From the NCBI RefSeq assembly GCF_039654945.1, contig NW_027361891.1, positions 4,278,001 to 4,342,000 of the forward strand: DNA of 64,000 nucleotides. The letters are read 5' to 3'. This document shows, in pieces, positions 48,514-59,463 of the stretch. The notes beneath the pieces are model-generated. The model was not told the DNA's origin. It saw nothing but the letters and a program-made list of their open reading frames with translations, and searched no databases. A program made the translations under genes and the position numbers. The DNA comes from Dendrobates tinctorius (taxonomy: Eukaryota). Position 1 is the stretch's first letter, and every line of letters begins with the position of its first letter.

Positions 48514-50085
48514 TCATGATGAAGTGAAGTTCTGAGGTTTTCCTCCCTTGGGTTTCGCTTGGCCTGCTTTCGACTGCCAAGCCCTGTCCGGTCGCTGCTG
48601 CGTCCGTGGGTTGTCTCTGCGTGGAGAACGGTTGCGGTTTTGCACTGGGCGCGAAACGGACCAGCCCGAGGAATTCCGAAAGGATCGGAATCGCGTCTGG
48701 TTTCTTCGTTTAAACGTGCGTTTCGGTTTTAGTTGAGGGAGAGAGGTACTCTTACCCCCAGTGGCATTGGCTATCATGGTGTCCAACTTTTCGCCGAAAA
48801 GTCTTCCAGTAAAATACGGAAGTCGCGTCAGGGACTTCTTTGAGGCCGCATCCGCTTTCCATTCTCGCAGCCAGAGGATGCGTCGGATCGTGATGGCGTT
48901 TGATGCTATTCCCGCTACACCTCTGGCGGAATCCAGGGCTGCATGAATCATGTAGTCTGCTACCACTGCCATCTGGACCGCTTGGTCCGAGAGTTCAGGA
49001 TTTGAAGCCTGAAGACCCTCCTGTAGTTTTCTGGCCCAAGCCAGGATGGCCTTGGCTGCCCAAACTGAAGCAAACGCAGGGCCCAGAGAGGCGCCTGCCG
49101 CTTCGAAAATAGAACGAGTCATGCGTTCTACTTGCCGGTCTGCTGCGTCCCTGAGGGTTGAGCTGTCCGGCAGAGAGAGTAAAGTCTGCGCTGCTAGCCT
49201 AGAAACCGGAGGGTCCACTTCAGGTGGATCTGTCCATTGTTTGGTGTCTTTCTGTGGGAAGGGGTACTTCGCTTCCAGATATTTGCGATTAGCGAATTTT
49301 TTGTCAGGCTGCGCAAACTGTTTGGTAAGTATTTTCTCAAACTCATCGTGATTAGGGAAGACCTTAGGTGGTTTTTGAACACTTTCGAAGCAAATCCTAT
49401 GTTCTGGGACTTCCGGGGGCGACTCTGGAATTTTTAGCACCCGATGAATGGCAGAAATTATGTCCTCAACTAGCGCTGTATTGCTAGGGGGAGAAGGTAC
49501 CACGGACCTGACCGTTTCATTATCTGAGTCGGAGTCACAGATGCCCTCCGAATCCTGTGCCTCGCTAAGGTGATCCCTGGAGGGCGACCTGGGGCGGGGG
49601 TCTTCTGTGGTGGGGGATCCCTGTGGTAAATTGCACTGTCTGTCTGTGGCAGGGGACTGCCCAGGAGACCTGGAATGACGCTGTCTCTCCCTAGAGGGGG
49701 ACGACCTTGTGCTATAGTGCGACTCAGGTGATCGAGACCTGTGGGTCCGCTTACGTCTGTGAGAGTCGGAAGCAGCATGTTCCTGAGACAAGCTGTCCGT
49801 TTGCTGTGTACCGTCCATAGCCGGGGCCCGACTCTGCAGAGCTTGCAGTAATGTAGCAGTTAGGTTGTCTATGGACTGTGACATAGACTGAGACATCTGA
49901 GTTGCCCATTCCGGCGTGGCCTGTGACACTGAAGCGTCAGTAGGGACTCCCTGGGGTTCTGACCCAGAGATCTGGATGCAGTCCCGGCAGTGCGGATACG
50001 TGCTGCCACTAGGGAGCGTGGCTTTGCAGGCTGTACAGAATGCATAGAAACATTCCTGCCTGGTTCTCTTCCTTGAGCCCGGCAT
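48514..50085 (-). CDS. DIRS-C2 ORF1 (523 aa, intact)
   Basis: About 12 aa differences from C1 ORF1. Confidence 0.9.
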   Translation of the reverse strand: MPGSRKRTRQECFYAFCTACKATLPSGSTYPHCRDCIQISGSEPQGVPTDASVSQATPEWATQMSQSMSQSIDNLTATLLQALQSRAPAMDGTQQTDSLSQEHAASDSHRRKRTHRSRSPESHYSTRSSPSRERQRHSRSPGQSPATDRQCNLPQGSPTTEDPRPRSPSRDHLSEAQDSEGICDSDSDNETVRSVVPSPPSNTALVEDIISAIHRVLKIPESPPEVPEHRICFESVQKPPKVFPNHDEFEKILTKQFAQPDKKFANRKYLEAKYPFPQKDTKQWTDPPEVDPPVSRLAAQTLLSLPDSSTLRDAADRQVERMTRSIFEAAGASLGPAFASVWAAKAILAWARKLQEGLQASNPELSDQAVQMAVVADYMIHAALDSARGVAGIASNAITIRRILWLREWKADAASKKSLTRLPYFTGRLFGEKLDTMIANATGGKSTSLPQLKPKRTFKRRNQTRFRSFRNSSGWSVSRPVQNRNRSPRRDNPRTQQRPDRAWQSKAGQAKPKGGKPQNFTSS

Positions 50086-52385
50086 AGTGCACAGAGGCTG
50101 GCTATAAGGGATCGTACAGGGGTGGCTACGCAGAGGGAACCCACAGAAAGCCTTATAGGAAGTATAGATTCACAGCTGAGTAATGAGAACCCAGCTGTGA
50201 GCTTACCCCACCGGTGTGCCCCTAGGTCCAGCGCCGACAGATCCCAGTTCTGTGCCCCCCGGAGACCGCTGTGATGCTCCTCTCCTGGATCTCATCCAGA
50301 AAAAATGGCCAACGGGGCTGTGAGGAGAGGGAGGAGGGGGCGGAGAGCTGAAAAGGGCGCGCTGGGCTGTGTAAAAAACGCGCCCTTTCTGCCTTAATCC
50401 GCCCCTTCTATGACACTCCAGCGTGTCATTTTGGTCATCCGGGGGGCGGGGAAAAGGCGGCGGCTTCAGCTAGGCCGAAGCCGCGGCCTAAATTAGAAGC
50501 CTGATGCCCAGGAGGGCTCCAGAGCGGCGCGGTAGTCCGGGGGGGGGCGGATTTGTACCAGACCCCCCCAGAATGGTCGACTGGATAGCGGTGGGGGTAG
50601 CAGGGGTAGCGGTTTTTGTATGGGGGGCCCCTGAAGCGCTATGGAGCCGCTGCTGTTGCAGAGACAGGGACGCAGAAAAGCCCTGTCTCTGCTGTGCCAT
50701 CCAGTCCGCACCCTCCCCCGGCCCCAACAGGATCCCTCAGCCAGCCTGGGGTCCCTGGAAGCTGCGAAATGCTGCCTGATCTCCGACCCTACCTGAGGCA
50801 TCTCAACCTAATACCCCCTGCGGGGGATTAGGGAGGGTGCGTCTGTCACCGTCAGGGGGTCTTCATCCTCGCCTCAACCTCAACCCAGACCCCTTAAAGG
50901 GGTTGGGGAAGGAGGGGGGTCTCGACCTCGAACCAGGACCCGAGGGACTGGGGAGGGAGCGACATGGGGAAAAACCACCTCGACCGGGTACCCCTAATAG
51001 GGGACCGAGGAGGGAGCCATGCCGGGAGTCTCGCTGGAGACCCACTTTTCTTCATCTGTATTTCCGGTGAAAAAAAGGAAAAAAACGGAAGAAAAAAGGT
51101 GTGCCTCCTTGCAACACTAAGCAAAAACTGGAGAAGGCTGACGCCGTCCAGGGGTGTATACTGCAGAGGAGGAGCCAAAGTTAATCTTTTTCAGATTATG
51201 CATAGTGTCGCCTCCTAGTGGACAGCAGCATAACACCCAAGGTTCTGTGTCCCCCAATTAGGCGACAGAGTAAAGTTCGATTTTGGTTTCATCTGACCAG
51301 AGCACCTTCTTCCACATGTTTGGTGTGTCTCCCAGGTGGCTTGTTGCAAACTTTAAACACCACTTTTTATGGACATCTTTTAGAAATGGCTTTCTTCTTG
51401 CCACTCTTCCATAAAGGCCAGATTTGTGCAGTGTACGACTGATTGTTGTCCTATGGACAGACTGTCCCACCTCAGCTGTAGATCTCTGCAGTTCATCCAG
51501 AGTGATCATGGGCCTCTTGGCTGCATGTCTGATCACTCTGATCTTCTCCTTGTTTGAGATGAAAGTTTAGAGGGACAGCCGGATCTTGGTAGATTTGCAG
51601 TGGTATGATAATTCTTCCATTTCAATATGATCGCTTGCACACTGTTCCTTGGGATGTTTAAAGTTTTGGAAATCATTTTGTATCCAAATACGGCTTTAAA
51701 ATTCTCCACAACAGTATCACGGACCTGTCTGTTGTGTTCCTTGGTCTTCATGATGCTCTCTGTGCTTCAAACAGAACCCTGAGACTATCACAGAGCAGGT
51801 GAATTTATACGGAGACTTGATTACACACAGGTGGATTATATTTATCATCATTAGTCATTTAGGACAACATTGGATCATTCAGAGATCCACAATGAACTTC
51901 TGGAGTGAGTTTGCTGCACTGAAAGTAAAGGGGCCGAATAATATTGCACGCCCCACTTTTCAGTTTTTGAATTTCCACAAAAATATAAAATAACCAATAA
52001 ATTTCGTTCAACTTCACAATTGTGTCCCATCTGTTGCTGATTCTTCACCAAAAATTTACATTTGGTATCTTTATGTTTGAAGCATGATATGTGGGAAAAG
52101 GTTGAAAATTTCCAGGGAGCCAAATACTTTCGCAAGGCACTATCAGTCCTACCTGTGGGCACGTGCACCATCTCGGCAATAGCGCCGCCACTCTCCTCAG
52201 TCCCCCTGATGGGAGAGTTAGGAGCAGAGGGGAGTGGATGTGGCGCTAGTGATGGGGGAAATTACGATCGGGCTGAGGAGAGTGGTGGCGGCGCTAGTTT
52301 TGAGGAGATGGTGCGCGTGCCCACTGAGAGGGCTCTGCATGTCCCCTCTGGCATGCGTGCCATAGGATCGCCACCACTGGCCTAA

Positions 52386-52766
52386 AGGTCCCGTTACATT
52401 TAGCAATGCACCAGCGATCCCGAAAACGATACGACCCGGTCAGGATCGCTGGTGCATCGCCAAATGGTTGCTAGTGAGCTGCCAAACAGGCAGATCTCAC
52501 AAGCGATGCAGCAGTGGTCGGCGGTCACTTACCTGTCACACGCAGCGAGGGTGACGTCTTCCGCCCGCGTCCATGAAGTCACTCGTCAGCGCCAGCAGGA
52601 AGCAGACGACGAGAAATGGACCAGGACGATCTCGCGCGATATCCAGCGGGGAGCCGGGTCGGAGGTGTCACATGTAGCGAGATCGCTAGTGATATCGCTG
52701 TTGCGTCACAAAGTCAGTGACGCTTTAGCGATCTCGCTAGCGATCTCGCTATGTGTGAAGGGGGCT
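52386..52766. mobile_element. Harbinger-type MITE (same family as 12288-12835)
   Basis: aggtcccgttacat ... gtgtgaagggggct, flanked by TAA/TTA. Confidence 0.8.
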
Positions 52767-53351
52767 TTAGGGAATGAATTTTAAAACAGATACTATGTTT
52801 ATTTATTGAATAACATTCTATAAAATATTATTATAACGTTATTGATGCTACTACCCCACACAGTTATTTATTGCTCTATATATATTCCCTGTTTGTAATC
52901 AACTTTCTGGTGTTGAATGTTTTTGCATAATTGGTAATTTAGAAAACCAGATCTCAATGTTACCAAATAGCCAAGATCAAAAAAAGAGCAAAGATAACTC
53001 AATAATAAAATCAATTTTATCAAAAATATTAAAATGTAATAACTCAGGTTACAAACAAGGTACAAGAAAAAAACAACAACATTATTGTAAATATTGCTGC
53101 ATGACAAAGGACCGCATGGCTACAGACCATGGATATAGCAAAAAGGTATAAATGACTTACAAACAGATGCAATCTGATTACCCACCTATCAATACTAAAT
53201 AATGGTCCCAATCGCCAGAAAAGGTTTACACATAAGGCATCAGGCACAACTACAACTCTGGCTGAACGCAACCTGTATATCCTGACATCCACGGTTAGAT
53301 AACTATTATAATGACCCACAAGTATGAGGGCTATGTGGGCAGTATGGGGGG

Positions 53352-53384
53352 CTGAGGAAGCAGGGCGAAACATGCGCGTCGGGG
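53352..53384 (+). ncRNA. Minimal hammerhead ribozyme-like motif
   Basis: CTGAGGA-A-GC-agg-GC-GAAAC-atgcgc-GTC-gggg has the catalytic core; the 5' strand of stem I is missing (ggggg rather than cccc). Confidence 0.55.
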
Positions 53385-53551
53385 CAAAAGGATGGGACTC
53401 CCACTCCATGTGTACAGGACGCTGCTAGGATCCAGGCAAAGGCCCTTGTGGCTCCCTTCATGGATTAATATCATTAGGTTGTTTTGTTTCCATCGGCTGA
53501 CATGGTGCAACAATCCTAGTAATATATACCATGTGATACTTGTGATACTTA

Positions 53552-53832
53552 CCTCCGACCGGCTCCCCTGCTGGCTATCGCTGATCGCGCGAGATCGGCC
53601 TGGTCCATTTCTCGTCGCCGGCTTCCTGCTGGCGCCGACGAGCGAGCCATGGACGCGGGCAGAAGACGGCGGTCATCGCTTCGTCTGAAAGGTAAGTACG
53701 ACCGCCGAGCATCGCTAGTGAGATCTGCTTGTGTGGCAGCTCACTAGCGACCATTTAGCGATGCACCAACGATCCTGACCGGGTCGTATCGTGGTCGGGA
53801 TCGCTGGTGCATCGCTAAATGTAAAGGGGCCT
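53552..53832. mobile_element. Truncated Harbinger-type MITE, inverted relative to 52386-52766
   Basis: Reverse-complement match to about 52386-52660; ends atgtaaaggggcct-taa. Confidence 0.75.
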
Positions 53833-54216
53833 TAAAGGGCAAACTAGTGCCAGAAACACGTCAGAGTGTTTCCTGCTAACGTGGAGATTTTATCTTTTTT
53901 GAATGTGATTTAAAGCCTTGAAGAATTTTTAAAACAGAGGTGCCTTCCTCCTTCATACATTTTTGTGGATTCCTCTGCGGGTCAGCAGCTTTGGGCACGG
54001 CACTCTGCAAGATTAATCAGGCATGCAACAACCCAGTACGGTGAGAGCACTCTTTTTTCCATCTGATTAACAAATCATGAAAATATTCATATAATAAAGT
54101 CTGAGATCTTAGACCACCAATAATCACAATAAAAGTGTTAAAAAACAAAAGGAAATCTGTCAGAGAGATCAACCACTCACCCTCCCGATACCACATATAT
54201 GGGCATAAACGTCTTA

Positions 54217-54540
54217 AGCCCCAGTCACACACATCGATCTCGCGAGCGAGATCGCTGCGGAGTCATAAGTTTTGTGACGCAACAGCGATCTCACCAGCGA
54301 CCGGCCCCCCTGCCGGGTATCGCTGATAGTCCTGGAATGGCCAGGACACTTTTTTGATCGCTGGTCTCCCACTGGCCAGCACGCATCGCAGTGCTGGTGC
54401 AGGGAGCTGGTAACCAAGGTACACATCGGGTTTCTAAGTGCTGCGCGCCGCTTAAAAACCCTTTGTGTACCTTGGTTACCAGCTCCCTGGACCAGCGCGC
54501 TGGTAACTAAGGTACACAGTGGGTATCTAAGCGACGTGCG
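54217..54540. mobile_element. Truncated Harbinger-type MITE
   Basis: tta-agccccagtcacac start; homologous to about 12288-12660. Confidence 0.75.
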
Positions 54541-55567
54541 TTGCTGAATTCCCAAGCAATCAGCATTTTGTATTAATATGCAAATAAGGTATTAAGTGCT
54601 TTGGGTGTGACACTACCTTCCCTGGGGATGTTTCTTTGCCCAGCTGCAGCCTCTGACACCTCCCCATCTGATTTCCTTGCCTGGCAAAGGTAAAAAGGCT
54701 GGTGCTGGGCAGGAAAACAACTCCACCTCAGGAGGCAATGGCTGGGGAAGTGCTCTAGCCCAACCAAAGCATTAATTTATATGCAATTGAGTCATTAAGA
54801 AACTGATTGTTTGGGAATGCAGCAACAGGTAGACGATTATCAAGGCATCAAAGGATTTAGCCCTTAAAGATCTGTTTGCTCATATATGCGTCTGGAGGGG
54901 ACTGATCTTACTAACAGGCTTCCTTTAAGCTTCTTTGAAACATAAAAATAAGCAAAAGTTAATAAAAAAAAAAAGACAAATCTGTTCCTTGCAGTTTGCT
55001 GAGGAGGTCCCAGGCATGCTGCTTGACTTTGCTGTATCAGTAAAAACAGTACTTTCTGCGAGCAATGGTAGAATTAATCAGCCATTTTTTCTGAAATTGT
55101 AGGTTTGAGTGGCTTTTCATTAGTATGAACTCTATCACCTTTAGAACATTGTGGCTTGTCTGCTGCAGCCTACTCAACCAAAGTCAGATTTTAAGAAATC
55201 TAGAATCGGTGCAAAAGGGTAATTTGTCAAAAACATTTAGTTTTAAAATGTATGGTTGTCCAACAACACACAAGATCATTCCTTATGTATTAGGGTGTGT
55301 GCACACGCTGCGGATACTGCTGCGGTTCCTTAAGGACATTACAGGGCAGAATCTGAAACTGCTGAACTTATTTTCTAATTTCATCGTTCCAACAGCCCAT
55401 TCAAGTGTCAGCTCATCCTAATTATATGTCAAGATGGATTGCAATCTAAACAAAGACACCACCTGACACCTGTCTCATCTGACTGAGGAGCTACAAATCA
55501 GAAGAAATAAATCTTCTCCACTGCAGAGAGCACAAAAGTTTTTTTTCCCCTCCTGCCTCGACTTGGT

Positions 55568-56194
55568 TGTCGGGTCACCCGAGACCAGGGGCTACTTCCA
55601 TGTCTCTAACGCTAGGGGGCGCCCTAGCTCGCCCTATTCCCTGGGTTACTTCTGAAGGTGAAGATACGGGGTCCACATACCTTGCCTTATCTCCTGTATC
55701 CGCCCGCCGTCTGTGCCCTTCCCCCACCCAGGGAAGAGTGGAGCAGCCAAAGTACACCAACCAGACAAAGAAGGCAACACGAACAAGGGCAACTGAAAAT
55801 ACCAGGCATACAAATATTTACTTACATTTAAAATTGGAATGCACTGGGGAGTGGAGCATGGGGAAAAACCAAAGTAGGAGAAGGAAAGAAAATCACACTT
55901 ACAAACCCAAGCAACAGTCACTGATAAACCCACCATACATCTTCTCATTAAACCAGTAAACAACTATCCTTCCTCCCAGCCATGCAGCATATGCAATCTC
56001 TGACAATGTGTATAAGTCAGGAACCAGATTATATAAGTTATAGGAGTGCTAGACCCCCAGAGCTCTCAACATGACCGGTTAACCGCTGTATTGACAAAAG
56101 AAATTTACACTGTTAATAAAGACGGTAAGGTGCTTCTTTTCAGCACAGGAGTAGCAGCAATCAGATGTGGCGGTCTTCTGGCAACCCCTTGACA
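55568..56194 (-). mobile_element. Possible solo LTR
   Basis: TGT...ACA ends with weak inverted similarity; about 630 bp; no TSD found. Confidence 0.4.
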
Positions 56195-56509
56195 TCTCCA
56201 TGCTCAGTCGGACAAGAAGATTTATTTCTTCTGATGTCCCAGCCCTTCTACTCAGCTCACAGTGGTATGTGAGCTTATGATAAAGCTCCTTTTAATGAGA
56301 CATTTGTTCCAGGAGCTTTGTTTCTTCAGACTGCAGCCAGTCAGGCACATGACTAGGAAAAGCTGCTGTTTGAAGTATGTGATGGGGGCCATTTTATCAT
56401 ATACTTGGAGAACCCTTTTAACACAAAATAATGGACGTCACTTCAAATTCCACTAACATTTTAACCCTTTAAAAGTATTTAAACTTCTCACCATCAATCT
56501 CAAACTCAC

Positions 56510-56689
56510 ATGTTATATGCATGGATATATATCTTGTGGAGTGTCATTTGCTGAAGAGAAAAGACATGGATCACAATTCGGTGGAAGATATCATTAGTTA
56601 CAGCAAAGAACTGGTCAAATCCCCAACATTTCTCCTGATCAGCTTCTAGGATGTTTGCCAGTACTGGAGTGAAAAGTGATTGTAGGCCA
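56510..56689 (-). CDS. TBK1: TBK1 exon 8 equivalent (end of kinase domain, start of ULD)
   Basis: Encodes [59 protein letters not shown]. Borders tttttctag| and |gtgagt; 180 bp. Confidence 0.95.
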
Positions 56690-56854
56690 CTAGAAAAAGA
56701 GAATACAAACAGAATTTTATTTAACTGCCTTGTTGTGCAATTTACTACTCTGCAACAATGGACAGTGGTCTTACAATAAAGTAGTAGATATATCTCCTTA
56801 TTGAAACATGGAATGCAGACAGGAAAAAAATAAATTAAAAAAATATATATATCA

Positions 56855-57809
56855 TTAACCCTTTAATGACGATGTAATTTTCCATTTTTACGCTTTCGAT
56901 TTCTTCCTCTTCTTCCACAGCCATAACATTTTTATTTTTCTGACGGCAATCATTAGAATGCTTATTTTTTGTAGGATGAGTTGAATTTTAAAATGGCATA
57001 ATCTATTTTGCCATACAAGTGTATTGACAAACAGTAATAAAATTCCAAGTGGAATGAAATGGTGAAGAAAAATTACATTTCAACATGTATTAGGTTTTGT
57101 TCTTATGGCATTGATTGAATGATAAAGATGATCTTGAAACAGTATTGTCCACGTCGGCATAATTAATGATACCCTTCTTGCATCAATTTTTCTTTTATTT
57201 AAGTGCTTGAAAAAAAATTCTTAATTATGTGGAAAAATGTTTCCTTTGTGTAGCAAGATCTGCACCATTTATTATTCCATTAATGGACCTGGGTGAGAGC
57301 TTATTTTTTTCTGTAGTTAACTGACATTTTTATTGATACCAATTTAGGTTATACATAAAATGTATTGATCGCTATTTATTGCATTTTTTAGTGAGCCAAG
57401 TTGACCAAAGAAATGTAATTCTGGTCTTTAAATGTTTTTTTAATTTTACATTTTCATAGACTGGACTTTTAAAGACACTACAATAAAAAAAAAGTGTTTA
57501 ATTATTTTTTAGTTGCCTTAGGGGACTCGAACCCGTGATCATTTTAGCGCTTTTACTATATTCTGCAATGCAGCAGTACTATAGGAAAAATCACGACATC
57601 CTATGGCGCTTGACCGTAGCTAAACTTCAACAAGCCCCCGACTGCCATGGTAACCCACACGATGGCTGAGCTTCAATCGTGGCTGATCAATACAGATATT
57701 GGCTATGCATTATAGCCAGCATCCATCACGTGAGGAGTGAGATTAACTCCTAAGCTCCCTCCATACCCGAGGAGGCGTTTATTATCAATGTAGTGTAGGA
57801 ATGGGTTAA
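56855..57809. mobile_element. Non-autonomous piggyBac-like element
   Basis: ttaa-ccc ... ggg-ttaa ends; AT-rich interior similar to 14430-21304. Confidence 0.7.
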
Positions 57810-58120
57810 ATGGGGTATTCCTCTTTCAGAAAATCTGCTCCGGGTCACAGGACAGGCAGGAAAGCAAGTTTTATTTTTTTGAGCAAACACTGTCTAGGTA
57901 TTGGGTGATTTTGAAAGGGGAATACCCTTATAAATTAGGGTTATGTGCACAAGGCATCTTTTTCAAGTGCGTACCCTCTATAACCCACCTGAAAAAGAGG
58001 AACAGAAATACTAAAAGAAAGAAAAAAAAAAAAAAAAGGAGGGGGTACTCAGGGAAATAAATATCCCTCGACTATTCTCCCACCGAGTTACCTAGTGCGA
58101 ATATATTGTTTAAGGTTTAT

Positions 58121-58831
58121 TTAAAGGGAACCTGTCACCCCCCCAGGATGTTTTTCAGATAGAGTCACCTTCAGCAGTACTAAGGCTGTATTCTTTGAAG
58201 GTGGCTCTTCTTTTTCTGACCCCCTAGTAACGCTGAAATATCGACTTTTTTAAATAGCTCCTCATACCTGTAATGTGTCCCATAGGTATGGTGTGTCCCC
58301 CTGTATCAGCCGTCCATCATGATGCCCCTGTGCAGTGCGTGCTGCCCGAGAACAGACATCAGGCTATTGCGCCTGCATGTGGTGGAGGCCCAAGTTCCCG
58401 CCCCACAGTGTGCTATGATGTATTCACACTGCGGGGCTGGGGCCTCAGCAACATGCAGGCGCAATAGCCTGATGTCTGTTCTCGGGCAGCGCGCACTGCG
58501 CATGCCCGAGCACTCTTGCCACAGCAGAGGCGCTGGCATTCAAAACAGGAGGAGGCAGCGAAGCACAGGGGTATCATGATGGACGGATGGTGGGCAGCGC
58601 CCAGACACAGGACAGAGGCATAATCGACAGATGGTAGGCGGCTGATACAGGGGGACACACCATACCTATGGGACACATTACAGGTAAGAGGAGCTATTTA
58701 TAAAAGTCGATATTTCAGCGTTACTAGGGGTCAGAAACAGAAGAACCACCTTCACAGAATGCAGCCTTAGTGCTGCGGAAGGTGGCTCTTTAACTGAAAA
58801 ACGGGGGGTGGGGGTGATAGGTTCCCTTTAA
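58121..58831. mobile_element. ~700-bp palindromic TTAA-flanked MITE (T2/Kolobok-like), apparently nested in a Harbinger-like MITE (~57937-59203)
   Basis: ttaa-agggaacctgtcacc ... ggtgataggttccct-ttaa; arms complementary up to a centre near 58415. Confidence 0.85.
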
Positions 58832-59352
58832 CATTTGCACAGCAATCACTAAGCAGCAAAAAAGAGGCTTGTTAGAATGCAGGAAAAGGGTGCAAAACAG
58901 ACATAGGGGAGGCTACGGCAGCTGACAGGTTTTCTTAAACCAATTTTTCATTTCCAAAGACACCAACCAGTTAAAATAAACAACCTGCCTATTCTTCACG
59001 CGGCTTCCGCACGGTAGCAGATCGCTTTTTAATACACACAAGGAGAAAAACAAATCACTATTGGTGGAGAATTGGCTTCAAAAAGCAACTGGTGAGAAAA
59101 CAAAAAAAAAGACGTTTCAGGAAAAATACCATCTTCCTGAAGAGTCCATTACAAAACTCGGTGGGGATGCCAGTGCCTAGAAGACTCCGTGTGCACATAC
59201 CCTTTACTTAAGTCTTTGTCATACAGTATGCAAACCTGTAATTATCAGTGACTTGTGTGACAATCCATATTATCAGATTATATATACGGCAAAGTCCCTC
59301 TCATTCTGCTTAACAAGATTATGAAAAATATAATGCAGTTGTAAGCACTTAC

Positions 59353-59463
59353 AAAGATAAATTACAACTAAGGGGCAATTCCCGACTCCAGTCTATCGGA
59401 CCATTTTCGGCTCGCTGGACACCTGATATTGCACCAGATGGTTTCCCAGTAGTAATTTTATAC
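59353..59463 (-). CDS. TBK1: TBK1 exon 7 equivalent
   Basis: Encodes [36 protein letters not shown]. Borders cctacag| and |gtaagt; 111 bp; phase compatible with both neighbours. Absent from the ORF track. Confidence 0.95.

Larger units (their letters stand above)
45109..51274 (-). mobile_element. DIRS1-like retrotransposon, family C, copy 2
   Basis: Near-identical to 29580-35756, with ITRs and ICR. Inserted in the A run of Tc1 sequence gttgccaaaaa|gttcg. pol is broken by an 11-bp deletion (~48098), further small deletions and a 13-bp triplication (47634-47672). Confidence 0.96.
44939..52141 (-). mobile_element. Second Tc1 family element, truncated and interrupted by DIRS-C2
   Basis: Transposase MKTKEH... 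(from 51751), LWSDETKIEL, then continues beyond the DIRS (45108-44939, includes TVKHGG). TIR end aatactttcgcaaggcact. Confidence 0.88.
28973..52379. mobile_element. hAT-type non-autonomous element, expanded to 23.4 kb by nested insertions
   Basis: TIRs cagtgatggcgaacct and aggatcgccaccactg. Left TSD gcctaagg (28965-28972). The right TSD is rebuilt as gcctaa|gg once the Harbinger MITE at 52386-52766 is removed. Confidence 0.8.

Noticed and set aside
29580-51274. Segmental duplication or assembly artefact behind the two DIRS-C copies
   Set aside because: Similarity stops exactly at the element termini, the flanks are unrelated and the copies differ throughout.
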